The position numbers and the translations under genes were made by a program. Under the pieces are notes generated by a model that saw only the letters and a program-made list of their open reading frames with translations, did not search any database and was not told where the DNA came from. Positions 55,695-64,000 of a DNA stretch of 64,000 nucleotides are shown piece after piece. Origin of the DNA: an uncultured Eggerthella sp. (lineage in GTDB: Bacteria > Actinomycetota > Coriobacteriia > Coriobacteriales > Eggerthellaceae); NCBI GenBank assembly GCA_937998355.1, contig CALLDI010000011.1:139100-203099 (forward strand), written 5' to 3'. Each line of letters begins with the position of its first letter. Within the stretch, counting starts at the first letter, position 1.

Positions 55695-56522
55695 CTAATC
55701 CCGTTCGAGCGAGTAGTACGCTGGAGCCTCGAGAGACTCTGCTGCGAGGAGCGATTCCTCTTCGACTGCGGGTGCGGATGCGGGAGCCTTCGCGGGTGCG
55801 CTCGGGGCTTCGAGAGTCGCAGCGGTGAGCGTCTTGTGCCCTGCGAGGGGGACGGCTTTCTCGAAGTTCGGAAGGAGCTTGTTGAAGACGTTCACTACTA
55901 CGCCGACGAAGAGTGCTGAGAGGATGGTGCCCTCGCGCACGCCGAACAGCCCACCCATCGCGATGAGCGAGATAGCAGCGCCGGTAAGACCTTGGATGGA
56001 GTCGAATGCCACTTTGCATTTCGGGAATTCGATCTTGGTGACCTTAGAAACCGCGAGCACGATACCTTCGCCCGGGAGCGTGATGAGCGAGGCTTTCACC
56101 TGAAGGAAGATACCGAAGCCGGTCATGAAGACGCCGATGACGGTGTAGAACAGCTCGAAGCCGTAATTGGGCATCGGGATGGCAGCGCAGAGCGGCACGA
56201 AGAAGTCGATCATGGCCGAGAAGACGAAGACGAACGCGATCTGTAAGAACTGGATCGGGTTGAAATCGCGACGCAGCAGGACGATCTGGATGAGTACGAA
56301 GAGCACGTTGATGACGAAGGTCCAGGTGCCGATGGTCCAGTCCGTTGTGAAGCTGAGGACCGCGGGTATGCACGAGATAGGAGAAGTGCCCAGTCCCGAT
56401 GCGCGCGTGAGCGCCACCGATGCTGCCACCATGGCGAGACCGAAGAACATGACCGCCAAACGCAAGACCATGTTTGGAGCAGCTTTATCGAAGAAAGTAT
56501 GCCAACGCTCAGTAAGATCCAT
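55695..56522 (-). CDS. YczE/YitT-like integral membrane protein
   Basis: LG.SPIS..P, TIGT, VREGT motifs; multiple TMs. Confidence 0.8.
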   Translation of the reverse strand: MDLTERWHTFFDKAAPNMVLRLAVMFFGLAMVAASVALTRASGLGTSPISCIPAVLSFTTDWTIGTWTFVINVLFVLIQIVLLRRDFNPIQFLQIAFVFVFSAMIDFFVPLCAAIPMPNYGFELFYTVIGVFMTGFGIFLQVKASLITLPGEGIVLAVSKVTKIEFPKCKVAFDSIQGLTGAAISLIAMGGLFGVREGTILSALFVGVVVNVFNKLLPNFEKAVPLAGHKTLTAATLEAPSAPAKAPASAPAVEEESLLAAESLEAPAYYSLERD

Positions 56523-56576
56523 GATGCTCTTCTCTTTGCCTATGCTCGTCGTATGGGAAGGTGTTACGACTTGATT

Positions 56577-57263
56577 CTACGTCTCGTCGACGCTCGTCAG
56601 AGCATCTTTTACGTAAAAGGGGCTTGAAGGGCAGATGTCGTTCAGGAAGCACTCTTCGCATTTCGGGCGACGCGCGATGCAGGTCTCGCGACCGAAGAGC
56701 ACCCACTGGTGATTGATCGGACCCCAGTATTCGCGTGGGTAGAGCTTCAGCAGATCCTGCTCGGTCTTCAAGGGGGTGTCGGCGTTCGAGAACTTCAGAC
56801 GATGCGCGATGCGGAATACGTGCGTATCGACTGCGATGCCCTCCACGATGCCGAAGCCTTCGTTCAGCACGATGTTGGCGGTCTTGCGACCAACACCGGG
56901 AAGTTTCTGCAGGCTGTCCATGTCTTGCGGGACCTCGCCGCCGAAATCGCTCATGATCATCTGGGCGCAGGCGACGCAATTCTTCGCCTTGTTGCGAAAG
57001 AAGCCGAGCGAATGGATCAGATCCGCGACCTCTTCGACGTTGGCTTGCGCCATGGACTCGGGCGTGCCGAAGCGTTCGAAGAGCGCGGGCGTGACCCGGT
57101 TGACGTTCACGTCGGTGGTTTGCGCAGAGAGCGCGACGGCGATGGTGAGCTCGAAGGGTGTGCGGTAATGCAGCGCACATTCGGGTTCGGGATAGTGAAG
57201 GCTCATGCGCCGCGCGACTTCGAGCGCGCGTCGTTCTTTGTCGGCTTTCTTCTCACGTGCCAT
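56577..57263 (-). CDS. nth: Endonuclease III
   Basis: LSAQTTD, LPGVGRKTAN, AVDTHV, C.ARRPKC..C.....C [4Fe-4S] motif. Confidence 0.96.
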   Translation of the reverse strand: MAREKKADKERRALEVARRMSLHYPEPECALHYRTPFELTIAVALSAQTTDVNVNRVTPALFERFGTPESMAQANVEEVADLIHSLGFFRNKAKNCVACAQMIMSDFGGEVPQDMDSLQKLPGVGRKTANIVLNEGFGIVEGIAVDTHVFRIAHRLKFSNADTPLKTEQDLLKLYPREYWGPINHQWVLFGRETCIARRPKCEECFLNDICPSSPFYVKDALTSVDET

Positions 57264-57562
57264 GCTTCATCCCTTCGGTGGTACGGATCGTTCTCACATT
57301 GTAGCAGGCGGAGGGAAGGATAGGGTGCGGTCATGGTGCAGTCCTGCGATCATACGTTCTGCTCGTGTGGAGGTGTGCGGATGGTGCGTGCCGAATCAGT
57401 AACGAGCCCGTGAAAAGACATTCGGGTTTGATAGACTGATATCCGCTGAACGCCGCGAAATGCGGCTTTTCGTGTTGGTGAATCACTGTTCGTGGGTCGC
57501 TCTTCGTTCGGTTCGCGCCGAACCAGAGGCGATCTCGCTTCGTTCTTATCGAAAGGGTCTTC

Positions 57563-60500
57563 ATGCTCATCGATCTCTTATCACGGACCTTGAAGCGCTC
57601 AGGTGCGCTCGACAACTTCTGGGGCAAGCTCGACGCAGGGCAGGACGCTACTGTCGGCGTCGCCTCGTCGGCGCGCCCGTTCCTGGTGGCCGCACGCTTC
57701 GCGCTCCATCCGCAGCCGACGTTGGTGGTGGTGCCGGGTGACGAGGCAGCGGAGACTTTCGCACGTATGCTCGGATCGTACATCGGTGAAGAGCGTGTGT
57801 TCCTCTATCAAGAGCGCAACGAGAATCCTTTCGTGCTCGATCCGCCTGCCAGTGCGAAGGAATACCAAAAGCATGCGCGCGAATCGGCGCGAAGGCTCGA
57901 AGCGCTCTGGGCGCTCCAGAGCGGCAAGGAATGCATGGTGGTCGCTTCGGCGCGTGCGCTCCTGCGCAAGGCCGCACCTGCATCCGCGCAGACCGCGCGA
58001 CCGCTTTTGTTGCAGGTGGGTCAAGAACTGAGCGAGCAAGGGATCGAAGGCGTCGACGATTATGAGAGCTTGATCGAGAAGTTGGTCTCGATGGGGTATG
58101 AGAACACCGGTAAGCTCGATGGACCCGGAACGTTCAGCGCCCACGGTGGCACGATCGATGTTCATGCAGGCAATCTGGTGAACCCAGTGCGCCTCGACTT
58201 CTTCGGTGATGAATTGGAAGAGATCCGCAGTTTGCTTCCGGGAACAGGACAATCGTTCTCATCGCGCGATGTGGTCGAGATCTTCCCAGCGCGAGAATTC
58301 ACTGTCACGAGCAGCGGTGCGCGCCATGCGCAAACGCGCCTCGTCCCGCAATCGACCACGACGCCGCTCTATCGCGACCTGCTCGATGCGCTCGATAAGA
58401 CCGAGACCTTCGCGCCCAGCGCGCTGTTGCCTTATGTCTACGAAGAGACGGCTTCGGTAGGTGATTACCTGCCGAGCGATGCGCTCACCGTGGTGGTCGA
58501 GCCGCGAAGCTTGGTGGATGATGCGCTTCACTACCGTGACGAACTGATGAAGAAGACCGACGCGTCGGTGCTGCTCTTGGAAGAGCTCTTCTTCACGCCG
58601 CAAGAGTTGGACTTCGGCGCGAATCAGCGGGCCACCTATGTCTCGATCATGCGCATTGGGGTCGAGCTCGACGACGAGATCGTGGTCAAACGCGTGGATG
58701 TGGCAGGGGATGGCGAGAAGCTGTTCGGCAAGCTCTATTCGCTCACGCAGCAAGGCTTCACGGTCGTGTTCTCGGTGCCGCATTTCCGCGCGCGTCAGGA
58801 GATGAAGCTCGAACTGGTTGATCGTGGCATTCCGATCAAGGAAGAGCTTGATGTGCTGGCTGCGTCTGATGAGACGAGCGCCGATGGCGGCGAGCGCGAG
58901 GCGAAGTTGCGTCGCGGTGTGGTGAACATCGTCGACGTGGACATCCCGCTCGGCATGATCTTCCCGGCGGCGAAGCTGGCGCTGGTGTCGCTCTCGGACA
59001 CACAAGGAAGCATGTCCGTGCGTTCGACCAAGCGCGTGGACGTGACCGAGATCACGTTTCCGTACAAGCCGGGCGACTACGTCGTGCATGCTCATCATGG
59101 CGTGGCGTTCTTCCGCGACTTGGTGCGGCGCGATATCGGCGGCATCGAACGCGATTACCTGCTCTTGGAGTACGCGGAGGGCGACAAGCTCTACGTTCCG
59201 GTCGAGCAGTTCGACCGCGTGACGCGCTACGTGGGGCCCGAGGGTGCAAGTCCGCGTCTGACGCGCCTGAACACGTCGGACTGGTCGCGGGCGATCGGAC
59301 GTGCGCGCAAGGCGACCAAACAGCTCGCGTTCGATCTGGTCGACGTGTATACCCGCCGTAGCGCGACGAAGGGCTATCAATACAAGGAAGATACGCCTTG
59401 GCAGCATGAGATGGAGGAGGCGTTCCCGTATCAGGAGACCCCCGACCAGCTTGCCGCCATCGCGGACATCAAGACCGACATGCAGTCGATCCATCCGATG
59501 GACCGCCTGGTATGTGGTGATGTGGGCTTCGGCAAGACCGAGGTGGCGCTGCGTGCAGCGTTCAAAGCAACACAAGATAAGAAGCAGGTGATGGTGCTGT
59601 GTCCTACCACCATTCTGGCACAGCAGCACTACACCACGTTCAAGGAACGCTTCGAACCCTTCGGCGTGCGTGTCGAAGTGCTCTCGCGTTTCAGGACGGC
59701 AGCACAGCAGAAGAAGACGTTGGAAGACTTCGCCAATGGTGACGTGCAGGTATTGGTGGGGACGCACCGCTTGCTCTCGCGTGACGTGAACCCGAAGGAT
59801 CTAGGCCTCGTGATCATCGACGAAGAGCAGCGCTTCGGTGTCGGCCATAAGGAACAGCTGAAGAACATGCGCGAGTCGATCGATATCCTCACGCTCTCGG
59901 CGACGCCGATCCCGCGCACCATGCAGATGGGACTCTCGGGCGTGCGCGACATGAGCCTGATCATGACGCCGCCGGATGATCGCAGGCCGGTCGAGGTGCA
60001 CGTGGGGGAATGGGATCCTGACGTGGTGGCAGATGCCATCGCGCGCGAGCTCGATCGCAAGGGCCAGGTCTACTATGTGTCCAACCGTGTGCGTTCGATC
60101 GATGACGCGGTCAAACGCGTGCGCGAAGCAGCTGGTGAGGCGCGTATCGGCGTGGCGCATGGCAAGATGTCGAAGGAGGAGCTCGAGATCGTGATGGAAG
60201 ATTTCTCGGCAGGAGAGATCGACGTGCTAGTGGCCACTACCATCATCGAGAGCGGCATCGACAACCCGCATACCAATACGCTCATCATCGAGGACTCGCA
60301 GCGCTTGGGTCTCGCGCAGATGTACCAGCTGAAGGGCCGCGTGGGCCGCTCCTCGACGCAGGCGTACGCGTACTTCCTGTTCCCTGATAACGTGCCGCTC
60401 ACTGAAGAGGCGCGCGACCGTTTGACAGCGATCGACGAGAATGCGGATCTGGGCAGTGGTATGCGCATCGCGATGAAGGATCTCGAGATCCGTGGCGCGG

Positions 60501-61069
60501 GCAGCATCTTGGGCGCGGAACAGAGCGGCAATATGTCAGCGGTGGGCTTCGACCTGTACGCGCAAATGCTCTCGCAGGCGGTCACGCTCACGCGCGAAGG
60601 TGAGAGCGTGGGTGACAACTATCTGCCCGAAGCGCTCTCCGACATCGTCATCAACGTGCCCGACCATACCTATATTCCCGAAGAATACGTGCCCGATGCG
60701 GATGAACGCGTGCTCTATTACCGTAAGCTCGCGAGCGCGGATACGATCGAATACGTGGATGCGCTCGCTGAAGAGATAGCGGCCAAGCATGGCGAGATGC
60801 CGCCCGCTACCGTCAATCAGTTCCAGAAGGCACGCCTGAAGGCGTTCGCGAACGAGCGCAATATCTCGCAGATATCCGTAACGGGCGGAAAATTGGTGGT
60901 CGAGCCCATCACGATCTCGAAGACGCAAGCCTCTGCGCTGCGCAAGAAAGCGGGACGCTACTTGGCGGACAAGAAGAAATTGATCGTGCCGATGCGCGCC
61001 GTGGGAGAGAGCGAAGACGGCACGACGCTCACCGCCGTGCATGCGTTCTTATCGGATTTGCTCGCTTAG
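57563..61069 (+). CDS. mfd: Transcription-repair coupling factor
   Basis: GDYVVH..HG RID, CGDVGFGKTEVA, DEEQRFG, SATPIPRT, QL.GRVGRS, DLEIRGAG. Confidence 0.97.
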   Translation: MLIDLLSRTLKRSGALDNFWGKLDAGQDATVGVASSARPFLVAARFALHPQPTLVVVPGDEAAETFARMLGSYIGEERVFLYQERNENPFVLDPPASAKEYQKHARESARRLEALWALQSGKECMVVASARALLRKAAPASAQTARPLLLQVGQELSEQGIEGVDDYESLIEKLVSMGYENTGKLDGPGTFSAHGGTIDVHAGNLVNPVRLDFFGDELEEIRSLLPGTGQSFSSRDVVEIFPAREFTVTSSGARHAQTRLVPQSTTTPLYRDLLDALDKTETFAPSALLPYVYEETASVGDYLPSDALTVVVEPRSLVDDALHYRDELMKKTDASVLLLEELFFTPQELDFGANQRATYVSIMRIGVELDDEIVVKRVDVAGDGEKLFGKLYSLTQQGFTVVFSVPHFRARQEMKLELVDRGIPIKEELDVLAASDETSADGGEREAKLRRGVVNIVDVDIPLGMIFPAAKLALVSLSDTQGSMSVRSTKRVDVTEITFPYKPGDYVVHAHHGVAFFRDLVRRDIGGIERDYLLLEYAEGDKLYVPVEQFDRVTRYVGPEGASPRLTRLNTSDWSRAIGRARKATKQLAFDLVDVYTRRSATKGYQYKEDTPWQHEMEEAFPYQETPDQLAAIADIKTDMQSIHPMDRLVCGDVGFGKTEVALRAAFKATQDKKQVMVLCPTTILAQQHYTTFKERFEPFGVRVEVLSRFRTAAQQKKTLEDFANGDVQVLVGTHRLLSRDVNPKDLGLVIIDEEQRFGVGHKEQLKNMRESIDILTLSATPIPRTMQMGLSGVRDMSLIMTPPDDRRPVEVHVGEWDPDVVADAIARELDRKGQVYYVSNRVRSIDDAVKRVREAAGEARIGVAHGKMSKEELEIVMEDFSAGEIDVLVATTIIESGIDNPHTNTLIIEDSQRLGLAQMYQLKGRVGRSSTQAYAYFLFPDNVPLTEEARDRLTAIDENADLGSGMRIAMKDLEIRGAGSILGAEQSGNMSAVGFDLYAQMLSQAVTLTREGESVGDNYLPEALSDIVINVPDHTYIPEEYVPDADERVLYYRKLASADTIEYVDALAEEIAAKHGEMPPATVNQFQKARLKAFANERNISQISVTGGKLVVEPITISKTQASALRKKAGRYLADKKKLIVPMRAVGESEDGTTLTAVHAFLSDLLA

Positions 61070-61467
61070 CTGCGGTGCGCGGTGCAGACGAACTGCGCGA
61101 CCTTGGTACCAAGATCATCGTCGATGTCGACCGTGTAGAAACCGACGCTGCGGCCGCCTTTGTTGGTGCTGCCCGTCGCGATGAGCTTCTCGCCCTTCGC
61201 GGGAGAGAAGAAGCGGATCGTGCAATCGATCGCCACAGTGGGCTTGTTGTCGAGGTTGGAGATGACCGCCATGGTGAAATCTGCCAGCGTGAACATCGCA
61301 CCACCCATCACCGTGCCATTCGCATTCAGGTGATCGGGCGTGATGGGCATTTCGCAGATGGCGTGATTCGCACGCGCTTCGACGATCGAGCATCGTGCCT
61401 GCGCTGCGAACTTGTCCTGCGCGAAATATGCTCGGATCTCTTCAAGAGAATTGTTCTCGTCTACCAT
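61066..61467 (-). CDS. PaaI-family thioesterase (hotdog fold)
   Basis: HLNA.G.V.GGA.FTLAD motif; AAGGAG RBS before ATG 61467. Confidence 0.88.
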   Translation of the reverse strand: MVDENNSLEEIRAYFAQDKFAAQARCSIVEARANHAICEMPITPDHLNANGTVMGGAMFTLADFTMAVISNLDNKPTVAIDCTIRFFSPAKGEKLIATGSTNKGGRSVGFYTVDIDDDLGTKVAQFVCTAHRS

Positions 61468-61477
61468 GGTAGCTCCT

Positions 61478-62665
61478 TCACTCGTTCGTTCTTTCGTCCA
61501 AGAAGATAGTAGCATTCGTTTCGAGAAGATAGGCTGCGCCCGTGGGGCAATAGAGCGCGCAATTTCCGCACGCGATGCACAGCAGCGGATCGACTTGGAT
61601 CGCACCTTCGCCATCGACCGACCGCGCGCCGGAGGGGCAGTGCGAGAAGCACGGTTCGTAGCAGTGCTGGCAGAGCGATTCGTCGACAGCTGCCAGGTAG
61701 CGGGGGATGTTCTCGGCGATGGCGGGGTGCTCCTGCACGGTGTTCGCGATCATATGGAGGCGTGGCCAGGTCTTCTTGATGGGAAGCTCGACCGTGGAAG
61801 GCACATGCTGGTGATGGCGCGCATTAGTGGCGTGCCCTTTCGCGCGCATGTGTTCGGTGCGGGCGTGGTAGTTCGCGAGCGTTTCGTTATTGCGCTTGCG
61901 GTGCTTACCTGAGGTGATGTCTTCCACCTCATTGATGAGCGAGGTGGCCACGCCGCGACGGTGGAATTCATCGTCGGTCGCATCGAAGAAGCGCGTGAGG
62001 ATATCGGCCTTCTCGGGCAAGTGTTCGGCCCTTCCCATGTGAATACGCGTCCACTGCTCGCCCAAATTCACGGCATGCGTGAAGAAGCTACGGGCATCGT
62101 CGCCCGCGATGGGACAATCTTCGCAGAGCGCGAAGTTGCAGTAGATCTGAACATGAGGCGTCACTTCGAGCGCGGAAGCCCAGAATTCGGGCGCGACCGC
62201 GCCGATGCAAGGCAAGACGACGACGTTCGGGTGGACCTCGAAGTCTTCAGGGATCTGATCGTAGCAGGTGAAGAACACTGGGTCGCCGTCCGCGGAAAGA
62301 CGGCGGACCTTCTCGATCAGGTCGTTCATGGTGATGCGTTCGGTCACGAAGGCATCGCAGACGCCGCAGCAGAGCCCGCAGCGCGTGCAATGTTGCGTAT
62401 CGATGAGCGGTGCACCTGCCTCATCGAACGAGATGGCATCGTAGGGGCAGACGAACGTGCAGCGCTCGCATGCGCTCCCAGCGAGTCGCGTGCAGAAGCC
62501 TGGCAGCACGGCGATCGGAAAGCGCTCCTCCACGTCGTCCTCGAGCGACTCGTGCGAGCCTCGTTGAGCCGTTGCCTGAGCGGCGTCGGGCGCACCGAAA
62601 GCAGAGCCCGCAGCGAATGCTTCGAGGGCTGCGCTCGAGATCGGTATGCTCTTGTCTTCGCTCAT
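61478..62665 (-). CDS. Multi-[4Fe-4S] ferredoxin-like protein
   Basis: CERC...CP, CTRCGLC...C, C..C...C...CP, CIACGNC...CP motifs at both termini. Confidence 0.88.
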   Translation of the reverse strand: MSEDKSIPISSAALEAFAAGSAFGAPDAAQATAQRGSHESLEDDVEERFPIAVLPGFCTRLAGSACERCTFVCPYDAISFDEAGAPLIDTQHCTRCGLCCGVCDAFVTERITMNDLIEKVRRLSADGDPVFFTCYDQIPEDFEVHPNVVVLPCIGAVAPEFWASALEVTPHVQIYCNFALCEDCPIAGDDARSFFTHAVNLGEQWTRIHMGRAEHLPEKADILTRFFDATDDEFHRRGVATSLINEVEDITSGKHRKRNNETLANYHARTEHMRAKGHATNARHHQHVPSTVELPIKKTWPRLHMIANTVQEHPAIAENIPRYLAAVDESLCQHCYEPCFSHCPSGARSVDGEGAIQVDPLLCIACGNCALYCPTGAAYLLETNATIFLDERTNE

Positions 62666-62764
62666 AGGCGCCTTTCGGCCTTGATGGAGGACGGGTCTTG
62701 GCGTGAAGGGCGCAAGTCGCAGCCTTCACGCGGCGTTGCGGTTCGCGCGGGATCTTTCGTGGTC

Positions 62765-64000
62765 TTAAGCTCCGAATACGGTGTCGAGCGTGTAGTCGAT
62801 ACGTGCCAGTACGTCGTTGCGATCCATGAGCTCGATGCTCTCGAAGAGCGGAGGCGAGACCTGCGAGCCGGTAACAGCTACGCGGATGGGCTGGAAGATG
62901 AGCTTGGCCTTCAGGTCGAGCTTCTCGGTCAGTTCGCGCACAGTGTCTTGCAGCGGATCGCATTCCCAGGGGATCGATTCATCGGCAAGGATCGCACGCA
63001 CTTCGCGCAGCACTTTGTCGGCGCGACAGCCTTCCTTGAGCAGGTTCTTGTTGACCGACTTCTCGTCGAGCGTGACGCTGGGGCCATCGAAGATGAAAGC
63101 GAGCTTCTCGGGCGCTTCGGTGAGACGCTTCATACGTTCTGCGACCAGCGGATAGAGCTTCTCGAACCATTCGTGGTCCTGCTCGATCTTCTCTGCGGTG
63201 GTGAGGCCGGCTTCGATGAGGAACGGTGCGACCGCGTCGACCCAGGCAGCGGCGCCCATGTTCTGGATGTAGACGCCGTTCATCCAATCGAGCTTCTCGT
63301 CGTCGAGGATGGCGTCCTTGCGCGTGACGCGATCGAGCGTGAAGTTGCTGGTGAGCGTGTCGCGGTTGATGATGGTGGTCTCGCCATCGAGCGACCAGCC
63401 GAGCAGCGCGAGGAAATTGATGAGCGTGTCGGGCAGATAGCCCAGATCCTGATATTGCTCGACCGACGTGGCGTTGCGGCGCTTGGAGAGCTTGCGGCCA
63501 TCGGAGCCGAGGATCATGGGCAGATGTGCGAACACGGGCACATCGCAGCCCAGCGCCTCGTAGATGAGGATCTGGCGTGGCGTGTTGGAGAGATGGTCGT
63601 CGCCACGGATGACGTGCGAGATGTTCATGTTGGCATCGTCGCAGACCACCGCGAAGTTATAGGTGGGCGTGCCGTCGGAGCGGACGAGGATCATGTCGTC
63701 CATCACTTCGGCGGGAAAGCTCATGTCACCATACACGGCATCCTTGAATTCGATCATGCCGCGATCGAGCGGCACTTTGAGGCGCCACACGTACGGCTCG
63801 CCCGCATCGATGCGGGCCTGGGCCTCTTCAGGAGCGAGCGAACGACAGGTGCGGTCGTAGCCGGAATAGCCGCCTTCGGTCGCTTCAGCTGCAGCGCGCT
63901 TCGCGTCCAGCTCCTCCTTCGTGCAGAAGCACGGGTAGACCATGCCGCGTTCTTTCAGGCGTTCGAGCGCCGCGTCGTAGGTGTTGAAGCGCTCGGTCTG
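62765..64000 (-). CDS. gltX: Glutamate--tRNA ligase (5' part outside window)
   Basis: YPCFC, RSDG.PTYN, SHVIRGDDHLSN, KLSKR, RVAVTG. Confidence 0.95.
   Translation of the reverse strand, partial: QTERFNTYDAALERLKERGMVYPCFCTKEELDAKRAAAEATEGGYSGYDRTCRSLAPEEAQARIDAGEPYVWRLKVPLDRGMIEFKDAVYGDMSFPAEVMDDMILVRSDGTPTYNFAVVCDDANMNISHVIRGDDHLSNTPRQILIYEALGCDVPVFAHLPMILGSDGRKLSKRRNATSVEQYQDLGYLPDTLINFLALLGWSLDGETTIINRDTLTSNFTLDRVTRKDAILDDEKLDWMNGVYIQNMGAAAWVDAVAPFLIEAGLTTAEKIEQDHEWFEKLYPLVAERMKRLTEAPEKLAFIFDGPSVTLDEKSVNKNLLKEGCRADKVLREVRAILADESIPWECDPLQDTVRELTEKLDLKAKLIFQPIRVAVTGSQVSPPLFESIELMDRNDVLARIDYTLDTVFGA

Overview
High-GC chromosomal segment. Its gene content (mreBCD-mrdA-rodA, a monoderm Tad/Flp locus, two [NiFe]-hydrogenases, a clusterless MutY, an actinobacterial/Gram-positive LexA box) fits an anaerobic Coriobacteriia/Eggerthellaceae-like bacterium; this assignment is inferred. 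In order: proBA-nadD-yqeK-rsfS, a DtxR-family regulator, thrC, a 13-gene Tad/Flp pilus operon (minus strand), ruvCAB plus a coupled hypothetical gene, feoA-feoA-feoB, rlmD, tRNA-Arg, cyclophilin, a TPR membrane protein, ndk, a four-subunit group 3b-type hydrogenase, the mre/elongasome operon, tRNA-Asp followed by a repeat-rich intergenic patch, a heterodimeric ABC exporter, a HAD hydrolase, a degenerate AAA+/Rrf2/MutY cluster, pheA, a membrane-bound group 1 hydrogenase with maturation protease, a choline-binding-repeat amidase, nth, mfd, a thioesterase, a polyferredoxin and partial gltX. I saw no CRISPR array, integrase, transposase or prophage. The most notable observations are: a G6-tract frameshift in the last Tad gene; a Zn-motif giant pilin and twin operator repeats suggesting a regulated DNA-uptake pilus; a group 3b large subunit with no cleavable tail; a NikR-like box; three GTTA-N8-(T/G)AAC feo operators; a duplicated acidic loop in FeoB; a pseudo-AAA+ protein coupled to Rrf2; and a MITE-like/tandem-repeat patch after tRNA-Asp. 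All calls come from reading motifs by eye; no database searches were run.
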